From the NCBI GenBank assembly GCA_963713825.1, contig CAVQNG010000025.1, positions 1 through 64,000 on the forward strand: 64,000 nucleotides of DNA, given 5' to 3'. Within the stretch, counting starts at the first letter, position 1. The number at the start of each line of letters is the position of its first letter. Below are positions 54,002 to 64,000 of the stretch, piece by piece. The translations under genes were made by a program, and so were the position numbers. Below the pieces are notes generated by a model, which was not told the origin of the DNA, made no database searches, and saw only the letters and a list, made by a program, of their open reading frames with translations. The DNA comes from an uncultured Acidobacteriota bacterium. Its GTDB lineage: Bacteria; Acidobacteriota; Thermoanaerobaculia; Multivoradales; JAHEKO01.

Positions 54002-55147
54002 ATGACCAAGAATCGCAGATTCCCCAAGCGACGCAGATTTCTGAGCGGCCTTGGCCTGACGGTAGGCTGGCTGCTGCTGGCCAGTAGCAGCTGGGCGATC
54101 GATGAGGAGAAGGGCCGACCTGCGGTAGCACGGCCCACGGCCGATTCTTCAGCCGCACGGCCACAGGCCAGTTCCACGCGCCCTAGCCGTAGCCCTGGCC
54201 CAAGCCAGGCTGTCTCGCCCCAACAGTCCTCGAGCTCGACACCGAGCTCCGGGTCGTCTTCGGCTGTGCAGCGACAGCCGACGGCCCGAGACACGCGAGA
54301 GAGCCCTCCCGGACAGTGGAAGCCTCCCGGCGGATCGGGTGGTGGTGGCGGCGGCGGTGGTGGGTGGGGTGGGTATCACCCATCCTGGGGTTGGGGTTGG
54401 GGACATCAGTATCCGTGGTACTGGAACCGCCATTGCTGGGGTTGGCCCTCTTGCTGGGGTTGGGGATGGGGGTACTGGGGCCCGTACTGGCACGCTCCCC
54501 TGCCGGCCTATCCTGTTGTCTCCCGAACTCCCTACAGCCCGCGATCGACCAGTACCGAGCTCGGAGCTCTGAATCTGGTCATCAAGCCGAAGAAGGCGGA
54601 CGTCTACGTCGATGGCCGATTCGTCGGCCGAGCGAAAGACTTCGACGGCTATCCGGGATATCTCTGGCTGGAAGAAGGGGACTATGAAATCACCCTGGTT
54701 CGGGAGGGCTATGTGACTTTCACCGATCGAATCGGGGTGCGGACGGGCAACGTGGTGGATGTCCAACTGCGCCTGCAGCCGGGCTTGTCCACGCCGCCGA
54801 AGATGCCGCAGGCGACGATTCCGGTTGCGGTACCCGAAACAGCTCAGGAGCAGTTAGCGTCTGTCCAGGAAGAGACCTCGTCTCCTGCTGTCGTGCAGGA
54901 CGTCAGAGCCACTCCGGGCCAGTTGGAGCTCGTTGTGCAGCCCCCGGATGCCTCCGTCTATCTCGATGGCCGGCTTCTCGGCTCTGGACAGGAGCTGGTC
55001 GATCTTCACGCCGGTTTGATCGTCGATCCAGGGGCTCATTCCCTGGACATGGTGCGGCCTGGATACGAGGCCCAGCGACTCGACTTCGAAGTCGAGTCCG
55101 GTCAAACCGTCAGTCTGCAGGTCACCCTGCTACGCGACGGTGGATAA
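54002..55147 (+). CDS. Secreted PEGA-domain protein with Ser/Pro-rich and Trp/Gly-rich segments
   Basis: Signal peptide; two PEGA-like domains ('A.VYVDGRFVG', 'PPDASVYLDGR'). Confidence 0.8.
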   Translation: MTKNRRFPKRRRFLSGLGLTVGWLLLASSSWAIDEEKGRPAVARPTADSSAARPQASSTRPSRSPGPSQAVSPQQSSSSTPSSGSSSAVQRQPTARDTRESPPGQWKPPGGSGGGGGGGGGWGGYHPSWGWGWGHQYPWYWNRHCWGWPSCWGWGWGYWGPYWHAPLPAYPVVSRTPYSPRSTSTELGALNLVIKPKKADVYVDGRFVGRAKDFDGYPGYLWLEEGDYEITLVREGYVTFTDRIGVRTGNVVDVQLRLQPGLSTPPKMPQATIPVAVPETAQEQLASVQEETSSPAVVQDVRATPGQLELVVQPPDASVYLDGRLLGSGQELVDLHAGLIVDPGAHSLDMVRPGYEAQRLDFEVESGQTVSLQVTLLRDGG

Positions 55148-55181
55148 TTTGCTTCAGGGATCGAGCTGAGCGCCGAAGGGC

Positions 55182-55751
55182 TCAGGAATCGAGGTCCTCG
55201 AGAGCCCGAGTCCTCTCTTCCAACCGCAAGAGCCAGGCCTTCTTCTTCTCGCCAGCGATATAGCTGCCGGGGCCAGACTTGGTGGTCACGACTCGATGGC
55301 AGGGAACAATGATCGGCAGAGGATTGAGCAGGAGAATAGACAGCACCTGACGGTATGCGTCAGGCTTGCCCGCAGCTTCGGCGATGTGGCCGTAGGTTCG
55401 CGTCCGGCCATAAGGGACCTTGGCGGTTTGGCGCAATACCCTCCGAGCCAGCGTCGGAAGCTCGGTGGCCTTGAGGTCGTACTCCAGGTCGAGATTGCGC
55501 CGTGCTCCTGCAAAATACTCGGAAAAGCGGCCGAGAACCTCGTCCAGGAAATCAGTCCGCTCCGACCTCTTGAGATCGGCAAAATCGCGAAATCGGTTGC
55601 GTTCCCTTCCCTTCGGTGCGATCACGATCCGTGTCAACACCTGTCCGGTGAGCTCGATGCCCAGGGTGCCAATGGGGGAGGGAATCCTGATGCGCGTTGG
55701 CTCTACTGGCGGCTCTGTGAGCTCGTCCGCGGCCGAAATCGGTTCCGACAT
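55182..55751 (-). CDS. ogt: Methylated-DNA--protein-cysteine methyltransferase
   Basis: 'VPYG.T.TY..IA', active site 'PCHRV'. Confidence 0.9.
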   Translation of the reverse strand: MSEPISAADELTEPPVEPTRIRIPSPIGTLGIELTGQVLTRIVIAPKGRERNRFRDFADLKRSERTDFLDEVLGRFSEYFAGARRNLDLEYDLKATELPTLARRVLRQTAKVPYGRTRTYGHIAEAAGKPDAYRQVLSILLLNPLPIIVPCHRVVTTKSGPGSYIAGEKKKAWLLRLEERTRALEDLDS

Positions 55752-55806
55752 CCGGAAAAGCGTATCACGGCCCGATCTTGTCTCAACACGGATCGTGTGG
55801 CCAGAT

Positions 55807-56526
55807 TCAGGGTGTCGCCGGGCCAGGGGCGATGCGAATCGCCAGCTCGCTCCAACGGGCCGTAGCCAGCTCACCGCCCAGATCCGCATCCCCCAGATAG
55901 GAGCGGTCGGGAATGCGCCGACAGGGGACTTGCACAGTTGTGGAACCGGCCAAGGGAAACGGGCTCAATTGCAGCGTTGACTCGATGACGAAGGCACGAA
56001 CGAGACTGGTGTCGAGAGGCTCTTCCCAACGGTCGCAGGCCGCCAGCGAGAGGAGGTCAACCGTCTGAAGAAATCGGTAGTCTTGTTCGAGTTCCAGTGG
56101 GTCGGTAGCGGCCCTGTCGAACCAATCTTGCTGGCTCTCCTCGAGGGACGACTGGTACTCGTGCCAACCGTCGGGCACTGCGGCGCCCTGGCGGTACAGA
56201 GACTGAGCGTGATGAGCGATCAGAAGGGCGACATAGGGGCGCTCTCGGGAGAATCGACCAATGCCACGATGCCAGATCTCCAGACGTTCCGCAGAGGGAA
56301 AGGAACTGAAATCGTACGGCCGTTGTCTGATCGCGTCGTAGCGGGGTGCCGCATCGGCCTCACGCCATCCATTGTCGTGCTCGCGCGCAGCGAACAAGAG
56401 GTCCTCCCGGCGCGGGTGATCCAGCAGCCCATCCTTCATCCAGAGCGACAGCAGGGTCCCTGAAAGACGAGCGTGGTCGGGCTGTGTGATGATCCGGAAC
56501 TCGGGGGGGTCGTGGACAACGATCAT
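55807..56526 (-). CDS. DUF3891-family protein
   Basis: 'ITQPDHARLSG', 'EHDNGW', 'D.LSL..C'. Confidence 0.75.
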   Translation of the reverse strand: MIVVHDPPEFRIITQPDHARLSGTLLSLWMKDGLLDHPRREDLLFAAREHDNGWREADAAPRYDAIRQRPYDFSSFPSAERLEIWHRGIGRFSRERPYVALLIAHHAQSLYRQGAAVPDGWHEYQSSLEESQQDWFDRAATDPLELEQDYRFLQTVDLLSLAACDRWEEPLDTSLVRAFVIESTLQLSPFPLAGSTTVQVPCRRIPDRSYLGDADLGGELATARWSELAIRIAPGPATP

Positions 56527-56605
56527 ATTGTTGCCAAGACTAGCCGAGGAACGTGCCGTAGTAACATCCCCTTGAGAAGAATCGAGGCTATTGCGGGAGA
56601 AAAGC

Positions 56606-58012
56606 ATGCCGTTTGATCTACCAGAGCCATGGCGAGTCAAAGTCGTCGAACCGATCTCTCTGCCCAGTGAGAAGGAGCGGGAGCAACGGTTGCGAAAGGC
56701 GGGCTTCAATTTGTTCGACGTGCCGGCGGCAGCCGTCTTCATCGATCTGTTGACAGATTCGGGCACCTCGGCGATGTCGGACAACCAGTGGGCCGGCTTG
56801 ATGCTGGGAGACGAGTCCTATGCTGGTGCGAGGAACTACTACCGTTTCAAGGAGGCGGTGACGGAGATCTTCGGGTTCTCATACTTCGTGCCGGTACACC
56901 AGGGCAGGGTGGCGGAGAATCTACTGTTCTCTACGCTCGTTCAGCCAGACATGATCGTGCCCAACAACAACCACTTCGACACGACGCGTGCCAACATCGA
57001 GATTCATCGCGGTCTGGCGGTCGATCTGGTGATCCAGGAAGGCAGAGACCCGGCAGCCTTGCACCCCTTCAAGGGCAATATCGATCTCGAGAGAGTCCGC
57101 CGACTCTTCGAGGAAACGCCGCGCGCCCGAATTCCGCTGGCCATGCTGACTCTGACCAACAACTCCGGCGGCGGTCAACCGGTCTCCCTGGCCAATATCC
57201 GAGCCTACTCCGAGCTCTGTCGTGAGTTTGGCATTCCGTTCTATATCGATGCTTGCCGGTTCGCTGAGAACGCCTTCTTCATTCAACAGCGCGAAGAGGG
57301 ACAACAGGGAAGGAGTATTCCAGAGATCGTGCGGGAGATCTTCGACCTGGCAGATGGGTGCACGATGAGCGCCAAGAAGGACGGCCTGGCCAACATGGGC
57401 GGCTTTCTTGCCAGCCGAGACCACGAACTGATCGAGACCATCAAGCAGAGGCTCATCCTCATCGAAGGCTTCCCCACCTACGGCGGGTTGGCTGGAAGGG
57501 ACCTGGAAGCCGTAGCGCGCGGGCTGTGGGAGGTCATGGACCCCGAGTACCTGCGTTTTCGGGTTTCACAGGTCGGAGCCTTTGGCGACCGGATGGCGAA
57601 CCTGGGAGTCCCGATCATCCAACCGGTCGGCGGTCACGCCGTCTATATCGACGCGCGATCCTTTCTGCCTCACATACCGCAGTCGGAGTTCCCCGCTCAG
57701 GCACTGGTGGTGGCTCTCTATCGTGGCGGCGCAGTCCGAGGTGTAGAGGTAGGTAGTGTCATGTTCGGACGCAAGGATCCAGAGACCGGACAGGAGATCT
57801 ATCCCGAGCTCGATCTTGTTCGCCTGGCGGTACCGAGAAGGGTCTATACCAATACCCATCTGCGCTACGTCTGCGATGTCCTGGAGGAGATTCGGAACAA
57901 CCTGGAGCGTGTCAAGGGGCTGAAGATGGTCTACGAGGCTCCGGTTTTGCGCCATTTCACGGCTCGCTTCGAGGAGATCGAGGTGAGCTCCGCCGTCGGA
58001 GCGCAGAGCTGA
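56606..58012 (+). CDS. tnaA: Tryptophanase (beta-eliminating lyase)
   Basis: 'IDLLTDSGT', 'MSAKKD' and 'LRHFTA' match the tryptophanase pattern rather than tyrosine phenol-lyase (MSGKKD/LRFFTA). Confidence 0.85.
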   Translation: MPFDLPEPWRVKVVEPISLPSEKEREQRLRKAGFNLFDVPAAAVFIDLLTDSGTSAMSDNQWAGLMLGDESYAGARNYYRFKEAVTEIFGFSYFVPVHQGRVAENLLFSTLVQPDMIVPNNNHFDTTRANIEIHRGLAVDLVIQEGRDPAALHPFKGNIDLERVRRLFEETPRARIPLAMLTLTNNSGGGQPVSLANIRAYSELCREFGIPFYIDACRFAENAFFIQQREEGQQGRSIPEIVREIFDLADGCTMSAKKDGLANMGGFLASRDHELIETIKQRLILIEGFPTYGGLAGRDLEAVARGLWEVMDPEYLRFRVSQVGAFGDRMANLGVPIIQPVGGHAVYIDARSFLPHIPQSEFPAQALVVALYRGGAVRGVEVGSVMFGRKDPETGQEIYPELDLVRLAVPRRVYTNTHLRYVCDVLEEIRNNLERVKGLKMVYEAPVLRHFTARFEEIEVSSAVGAQS

Positions 58013-58064
58013 GCAAGGAGGGCAAGAGGATGAAGATCGTTCTGCCCTGAAGTCGTGGGCGAAC

Positions 58065-59141
58065 TTAGGGCTTATTGTCAGATTTTTGTTTCTCCTCGGC
58101 CCACCGTTTCTGCCAGTAGACCTTCTGCCACTGATTGACGTTTCGATTGTGCTCGGCGAGAGTCGAGGCGAAGACATGTGAGCCGTCGTTGCGGCTGACG
58201 AAGTAGAGGTAGGGAACCTCGGCCGGCTGCGCGGCCGCTCGTAGGCTCGCGAGCCCCGGCGATGCGATCGGGCCGGGAGGAAGTCCGGGATAGAGGTAGG
58301 TGTTGTAGGGTGAATCGAGCTTCAGATCAGGTCGCCGGATGTTCCCGTCCCAACGCCCTTCCTGCTTGAGGGCGTAGATGACCGTCGGGTCCGCGTAGAG
58401 AGCGATACCCCTCTCCAGTCGGTTGAAGTAGACCCCAGCGATGACGGGCCGCTCGTCATCCAGGCGGGCCTCCTTTTCCACCACCGAGGCCAGAATGACG
58501 ATCTGTCTGGGAGTGCGCTCATCGTCTGGAGCCAGATGCGGCCGGACCTCGTCGGTGAAAAGCCGACGAAACGTACTCACCAGGGTCGTTACGATCTCGT
58601 CTTCCAAGGTGCCCTTGGCGAAGGAATAGGTGTTCGGGAAGAGGTACCCTTCGAGGTTCGAAGCCTCTGGGTCGAGATCCGAGATCCTGTCCGGAGAGAG
58701 CATCTCATCCAGCAGAACCGCCTGGTCGCCGAAACCCTGATCCGCGAGATGTGCGGCAGTCTCCTCCATGGTCAGGCCTTCGACGATGGTGACCGGGTAG
58801 GTCACCACATCGCCTCTGACGAGCTTGTCGAGGACCTCGGGTGCGGTGGCAGCCGCATCGAATCGATACTCGCCCGCCCTGAGGGGTGGATCACCGAGGA
58901 CTCGAACCAGGTACAGCCGGGTGAGCAGCGCGTTGTCGAGGACTCCTTTCGCCTCGAGATCGTGCAAAATCGACCCGGCGTCCTGGCCCGGCAGGACCTC
59001 GTGCAGAAGATCATGCCCTGCATACCCCTTGTAGGATTGGTGGAGGGTCCTCCAGGCCCACCAACCGAGGCCACTGCCAGCCGTCAAGGCCAGAGCTAGA
59101 AAGATGGCGAGCGCCGCCCACTGCCAGGCTCGCCTAGTCAT
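58065..59141 (-). CDS. mltG: Endolytic transglycosylase
   Basis: 'LEGYLFP.TY', 'AS.VEKE', 'SPYNTY..PGLPPGPI'. Confidence 0.95.
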   Translation of the reverse strand: MTRRAWQWAALAIFLALALTAGSGLGWWAWRTLHQSYKGYAGHDLLHEVLPGQDAGSILHDLEAKGVLDNALLTRLYLVRVLGDPPLRAGEYRFDAAATAPEVLDKLVRGDVVTYPVTIVEGLTMEETAAHLADQGFGDQAVLLDEMLSPDRISDLDPEASNLEGYLFPNTYSFAKGTLEDEIVTTLVSTFRRLFTDEVRPHLAPDDERTPRQIVILASVVEKEARLDDERPVIAGVYFNRLERGIALYADPTVIYALKQEGRWDGNIRRPDLKLDSPYNTYLYPGLPPGPIASPGLASLRAAAQPAEVPYLYFVSRNDGSHVFASTLAEHNRNVNQWQKVYWQKRWAEEKQKSDNKP

Positions 59142-59562
59142 CAGGCCTCGAAGAAGACTCGTCCAAGTGCTGCTGAAGAAGAATCTGTGCCGCCGTCGCG
59201 TCCACCTTCTCGGGATGACGACGAGGGTCGATGCCTGCTTCCCGAAGTCTCTCTTCCGCCTCCACCGAGGTCAGCGTTTCATCGGTCATCTCGACGGGGA
59301 GGCCGGATTCCGTGGCGAGTTTGCGTGCGAAGCTGGAAACCCGAGCTGCTGCGGGTCCGCGACTGCCGTCGAGGTTCAATGGTTCGCCCATCACGAAGAG
59401 CCCGATCTCTAGTTGGAGGGCGGCTTCGATGATCTGACGGATCGCTTGGGAATCACTGGTCCGCCTGACGGTCGCTAGCGCTACCGCGAGTCGTCCCTCC
59501 GGATCGGAGACGGCCAGGCCGATTCTCTTTTCTCCAAAATCGATACCCAGGATGCGTTGCAT
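59134..59562 (-). CDS. ruvX: YqgF/RuvX family nuclease
   Basis: 'LGIDFGEKRIGLAVSD', 'DE.LTS.EA', 'D..AA..LLQ'. Confidence 0.93.
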   Translation of the reverse strand: MQRILGIDFGEKRIGLAVSDPEGRLAVALATVRRTSDSQAIRQIIEAALQLEIGLFVMGEPLNLDGSRGPAAARVSSFARKLATESGLPVEMTDETLTSVEAEERLREAGIDPRRHPEKVDATAAQILLQQHLDESSSRPDD

Positions 59563-59869
59563 GGCGTCTTCGTGGCCTCTCGTTGGAGGTGCTTCGAGAG
59601 ACGATACCACCCGCCATGAACGTCCGACCATGAACTTGCGGCATGGCCTTGAAAAGCGGTTCGATTGGAGACTTTCGAGAGGCTCGAAAAGGCCTCCGAA
59701 ACGTCCTGCGAAGCCGTCGGAAGTGAGCCGAGGCTGTGCTAGCATGAGGGTTATCGAAGACCGGGTGCCACGAGGCGGGATCAGTCTGACGAATCCTCCA
59801 GGACGCTCGGATCGGTCCCTGAGGTGTCAACCCGGATCACGAAAAAACCCAACAACGAGCGAGGTGCTC

Positions 59870-61057
59870 ATGAAAGATGTGGTCGTTCTGAGTGCTGTTC
59901 GTACGCCCATTGGATCGTTCCAGGGCGAGTTCAAGAATCTCCCGGCCAATGCCCTAGGCGCCATCGCGCTGAAGGCAGCCATTGAACGAGCGGAATTGGA
60001 TCCTGCAGCCCTGGAGCAGGTTTACATGGGCTGCGTCCTGACCGCAGGGGTGGGCCAAGCACCGGCCCGCCAAGCGACTCTGGCTGCTGGCTGTCCTGTC
60101 TCTACTGGTGCTATCACCGTCGGGAAGGTCTGTGGATCGGGTATGCGTGCAGTGATGACGGCAGCCAACGATCTGCGCTGTGGTGACTTCGAGATGGTGG
60201 CGGCTGGCGGTATGGAGAGCATGACGAATGTGCCCTATCTCGCGACGGGGGTTCGCGACGGTCTCCGCCTCGGCCACGGCAAGCTCGTGGACTCGATGAT
60301 TCGCGACGGCCTTTGGGATCCCTACAGTGATGTCCACATGGGCAATTGCGCCGAGATTTGTGCAGACCACTACAAGTTCACTCGCGAAGCGCAGGATGCC
60401 TTCGCGCAGGAGAGTTATCGACGAGCTCGCGAGGCGACAGAGAGCGGTCGTTTCGCGGACGAGATTGTCGCGGTCGAGGTACCGCAGCGCAAGGGCGATC
60501 CACTGTCGATCGATCGGGACGAGGAACCGTTCAGGGTCGATCTGGATCGCATGCCGAGTCTGCGCCCGGCGTTCAAGAAGGATGGTACCGTTACAGCAGC
60601 GAATGCGAGCAAGATCAACGATGGTGCCGCTGCCCTGGTCCTCACAACGGCGGAACATGCCGAGCAGCTGGGGGTCCGACCTCTGGCTCGTCTCGTGGCT
60701 CAGGCTTCGGTCGCTCAGGAGCCCGACTGGTTTACGACGGCGCCTGTGAAGGCGACGAGGAAGGTGCTGGAACGGGCCGGGCTGAGTGCTGGTGATATTG
60801 ACTTATGGGAAGTGAACGAGGCCTTCGCTGCCGTGGCCATGGCTTTTGTCGAGGAGTTGGATCTACCGGCAGATCGGGTCAACGTTCGCGGCGGTGCCGT
60901 CGCACTGGGTCATCCTATTGGCGCCTCTGGAGCGCGGATCCTCGTGACGCTGTTGCATGCCATGGCAGAGCGCAATGTGCACCGGGGCTGTGCCGCCATC
61001 TGCATCGGTGGTGGAGAAGCGACGGCCGTGATCGTCGAAAGGGAAATTCAGGGTTGA
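59870..61057 (+). CDS. Acetyl-CoA C-acetyltransferase (thiolase)
   Basis: 'KVCGSG', 'GGMESM', 'EVNEAFA', 'GHPIGASG', 'CIGGG'. Confidence 0.95.
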   Translation: MKDVVVLSAVRTPIGSFQGEFKNLPANALGAIALKAAIERAELDPAALEQVYMGCVLTAGVGQAPARQATLAAGCPVSTGAITVGKVCGSGMRAVMTAANDLRCGDFEMVAAGGMESMTNVPYLATGVRDGLRLGHGKLVDSMIRDGLWDPYSDVHMGNCAEICADHYKFTREAQDAFAQESYRRAREATESGRFADEIVAVEVPQRKGDPLSIDRDEEPFRVDLDRMPSLRPAFKKDGTVTAANASKINDGAAALVLTTAEHAEQLGVRPLARLVAQASVAQEPDWFTTAPVKATRKVLERAGLSAGDIDLWEVNEAFAAVAMAFVEELDLPADRVNVRGGAVALGHPIGASGARILVTLLHAMAERNVHRGCAAICIGGGEATAVIVEREIQG

Positions 61058-61077
61058 GGTCCAGCGGTTCGGGTCTC

Positions 61078-63402
61078 GTGAGCACCAGCCGGCGGTTCGG
61101 GCGGCCAAGTGCCCAGTGGGCGGGAAGCTGGTTGTTGGCTTTCCTCCTGGTGATGCCTGGCACTGCTGCTATGGCGCAAGTCGGTGAAGAGTGGCCCGAC
61201 GACTCGCCAATGTTGGACCAGCAGGAGGTGCTCGAGGCCGAGGAAACCACGTCTTCGGCCGAGGAGGTCGAGGACACCGCTGCCGAGACTGGCCTGGATC
61301 GGATTCGATTCCAGATCCCCTTTCCCGAGGACAAGGGAGGCGGAGTAGCCACCGGAACGGCGGGCAACTTGGAGTACGTCCGGGAGGACTACGTCGTCGC
61401 CAGCGGTGGGGTGGAACTGCAGTACGAGGATATGCAGTTCCAGGGCCAGAGGGTGACCGTCGATCTCAAGACCGAGCAGGTCACTGCCGAGGGTGACGTG
61501 ATCATCGACCAGGGGCCCAAGCGGCTGGTGGGAGACACCCTGATTTTCGACCTGGTGACCAAGACGGGCACCGTGACCAACGCCAAGGCCTTCGTCGACC
61601 CCGACATCTTCTTCGAGGGTCAGATCATCAAGAAGGTCGCCGAAGACAAATACGAGGTGATCGATGGCATGATCACCTCCTGTATCGACGACAATCCCGA
61701 TTGGAGTTTTCGACTGGCCAAGGGCAGCGTGGAGCTCGGCGGGTGGGCCAAGGGCAAGCACGCCCGGTTTCGGGTGAAAAAGGCACCGCTGCTCTACTTC
61801 CCGCAGATGCTCTATCCTGCCAGTTCGGATCGAAAGTCCGGGTTCTTGTTTCCAAATCTCGGTTACTCGGAGAATCGTGGTGCTCTCCTGGGCTTGGCGT
61901 ACTTCCTAACCCTCGGTCCAAGCTACGACACGACCTTCTATGCCGATTTCTACAGCGAGAGCTACGTCGGTCTCGGAAACGAGTTTCGGTATCGGCCGAG
62001 TGAGAACACACGGGGAGTCTTCGAGGGATATGTCATCGACGATCCGGACTCCGAAGACCTGCGTTGGAAGGTGTTCTGGTCTCACGTCAGCGAGCAGCTG
62101 CCGTTGGGCATGCGCGGTGTTGTCCGGTATCAGGACTTTTCCGACTTCAACTTCTTTCGCGATTTCGAAAGAGACTTCAGCAACGTCTCGATCCGGCGCC
62201 TGCGGTCGGAGGGGTTTCTCACCGGTAGCTGGGGGCAGCAGTCCTTCACGCTGCTGGTGGACGATACCGAGACCTACATCACTGCGGGCGATGTCACAAC
62301 GGCGCGCCGACTGCCCGAGGCGGAATACCGCTTACGACCAACGCAATTGGCTAGATTGCCAATCTATCTAGACCTGGTGAGCTCGTTGGACTACCTGCAG
62401 TCTGCCCGAACCGACAGATTCGACCAGAAGTGGGGACGGGCGGACATCTTTCCGAATTTGACCGCGGCGCTCAGCACGCTGCCCTGGCTCTCTGTCTCGG
62501 TCAGCGCTGGCGAGCGAGTCACCTGGTATAGCGACAGTCGAACCGAGGACGGCACAGCTTTGACAGGCGAGTCGTTGACGCGGGCGATCGCCACCGCCAA
62601 CAGCAGTATCGTCGGGCCCTCTTTTTCCAAGGTGTTCGATGGCCAGGTTGGACGATTCGGGAAGTTCAAGCACATCGTCGAGCCGCGCTGGAACTATCGG
62701 TATGTCCAGGAGTTCGAAGACGCGGATCAGATCCTGAGATTCGACGAAATCGACTTCATACCGTTCGCGAATGTCTTCTCGGTCAACCTCGTCAACAGGT
62801 TGTTGGCGAAGCCCTCGGACGAGGAGCTTCATGGCGGAGCCAGAGAGATCATGTCTCTGGAGATCGGCCAGTTGTATAGCCTCGACGAGACCGTACCTCT
62901 GCAGTCGTCCACTGACAGGACTCTCACCTCGACTCAGGGGCCGATCAATTTGCGCTATCGGTTCAATCCAAGCCGAGACACGAATCTCGAGGCCAGAATG
63001 TCCTACAGCACGCTGTTCAGCGAGCTGTTCTCCACATCGATCTCGGGTGGCATGAGATTCGGGCCCCATGGGGCGGGACTGACCTGGTTCACGAGCTCCA
63101 ACGCGGAAACGGGCAAGTCCACCGGCAATCAGGTCCGGTTCTATGCCGGCGTCGAGATATGGCCGAGCCATCTCCGACTGGATACCCAGATCAACTACGA
63201 TTTTGAGCGTTCTCTGCTCCAGAGTCAGCGCTACATTATCCAGTACTTCTCCCAGTGTTTCGGATATCGTCTGGAGTATCGGGACTGGCAATCCGTCACC
63301 CGAGAGGACAGGGAAATTCGATTTGCCCTGACTTTGAAGAACATCGGTACATTCCTCGACTTGACAGGTGGTACTCGCAACGGCTTCAATCCCGGCTACT
63401 GA
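61078..63402 (+). CDS. lptD: LPS-assembly outer-membrane protein
   Basis: N-terminal beta-jellyroll ('ITSC...PDW'), 'RKSGFLFP', aromatic beta-barrel C-terminus; start uncertain. Confidence 0.85.
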   Translation: MSTSRRFGRPSAQWAGSWLLAFLLVMPGTAAMAQVGEEWPDDSPMLDQQEVLEAEETTSSAEEVEDTAAETGLDRIRFQIPFPEDKGGGVATGTAGNLEYVREDYVVASGGVELQYEDMQFQGQRVTVDLKTEQVTAEGDVIIDQGPKRLVGDTLIFDLVTKTGTVTNAKAFVDPDIFFEGQIIKKVAEDKYEVIDGMITSCIDDNPDWSFRLAKGSVELGGWAKGKHARFRVKKAPLLYFPQMLYPASSDRKSGFLFPNLGYSENRGALLGLAYFLTLGPSYDTTFYADFYSESYVGLGNEFRYRPSENTRGVFEGYVIDDPDSEDLRWKVFWSHVSEQLPLGMRGVVRYQDFSDFNFFRDFERDFSNVSIRRLRSEGFLTGSWGQQSFTLLVDDTETYITAGDVTTARRLPEAEYRLRPTQLARLPIYLDLVSSLDYLQSARTDRFDQKWGRADIFPNLTAALSTLPWLSVSVSAGERVTWYSDSRTEDGTALTGESLTRAIATANSSIVGPSFSKVFDGQVGRFGKFKHIVEPRWNYRYVQEFEDADQILRFDEIDFIPFANVFSVNLVNRLLAKPSDEELHGGAREIMSLEIGQLYSLDETVPLQSSTDRTLTSTQGPINLRYRFNPSRDTNLEARMSYSTLFSELFSTSISGGMRFGPHGAGLTWFTSSNAETGKSTGNQVRFYAGVEIWPSHLRLDTQINYDFERSLLQSQRYIIQYFSQCFGYRLEYRDWQSVTREDREIRFALTLKNIGTFLDLTGGTRNGFNPGY

Positions 63403-63462
63403 TCGGGGTCTCGTGGATACCCCTCAGAGGTCGAAGCAAGAGTAACAATCAGGAGATTTTCC

Positions 63463-64000
63463 ATGCGTGCACTCATCACTGGTATCACCGGCTTCGCGGG
63501 TTCTCACTTGGCCGACTATCTGCTCGCCGAGCAGTCGGACGTGGAGATCTTCGGCATCTACCGTTGGCGCAGTCGGATGGAGAACATCGATCACCTCGAC
63601 GGCAAGATCAACCTGTTGGAGTGCGACCTGCGAGACGCGGCTGCGGTCCATGGCGTTCTGGCCGAGGTGCGGCCCGACTACATCTTTCATCTGGCGGCGC
63701 AGAGCTTCGTTCCGGCCAGCTGGCGGGCACCTTCGGACACACTGACGACGAACATCATTGGCCAGACGAACCTCTTCGAGGCCGTGCGGATGTTGGAGCT
63801 CGACCCGGTCATTCAGATCGCCGGTTCGAGCGAGGAGTACGGCCTGGTGCTGCCGGATGAGGTACCGATCAAAGAGACCAACCCGTTGCGGCCGCTTTCA
63901 CCCTATGCGGTGTCGAAGGTCGGCCAGGATCTTCTCGCTTACCAGTACTTCAAAAGCTACGGTCTCAAGACCATTCGGACGCGTGGATTCAATCACACGG
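63463..64000 (+). CDS. GDP-mannose 4,6-dehydratase / NDP-sugar SDR (runs off the window)
   Basis: Manual translation: 'MRALITGITGFAGSHLA', 'HLAAQSFV', 'GSSEEYG', 'SPYAVSK'; RBS AGGAG. Confidence 0.88.
   Translation, partial: MRALITGITGFAGSHLADYLLAEQSDVEIFGIYRWRSRMENIDHLDGKINLLECDLRDAAAVHGVLAEVRPDYIFHLAAQSFVPASWRAPSDTLTTNIIGQTNLFEAVRMLELDPVIQIAGSSEEYGLVLPDEVPIKETNPLRPLSPYAVSKVGQDLLAYQYFKSYGLKTIRTRGFNHT

Overview
GC-rich bacterial chromosomal window from a diderm, LPS-producing organism. Gene style suggests Acidobacteriota or a similar lineage, but that is inference only. Most of the window is housekeeping or envelope genes: an ADP-heptose/LPS cluster (GT9, hldD, gmhB, gmhA, hldE, GT2, ArnT-like), bfr, a DUF3365 cytochrome c, ArsR-SRPBCC, uppP, ggt, rlmN, a VapBC-type toxin-antitoxin pair, a pabB-pabC fusion, pduO, pilB, waaC with split rfaE1/rfaE2, an 11-subunit complex I operon without nuoEFG preceded by an NDUFAF7/MidA-like methyltransferase, ECF sigma/ZAS anti-sigma, an M23 peptidase, an HddA-like kinase, ogt, tnaA, mltG, ruvX, thiolase, lptD and a truncated gmd-like gene. 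The main candidate for an undescribed system is a nine-gene operon (14014-25235) behind a sigma54-type promoter. It encodes two lipoproteins, a membrane Ser/Thr kinase, an FHA-like/PEGA/FGE protein, a small secreted peptide, a MotA/TolQ/ExbB channel, an Hsp70-like/FHA protein and two membrane-anchored vWA proteins whose TM helix carries an ExbD/MotB-like Asp. I read this as a putative phosphoregulated, ion-driven envelope motor. A pentameric ligand-gated ion channel gene lies just upstream. A ~470-bp structured non-coding element is present in two diverged copies, one with a REP doublet inserted. All calls were made by eye from motifs; no searches were run.
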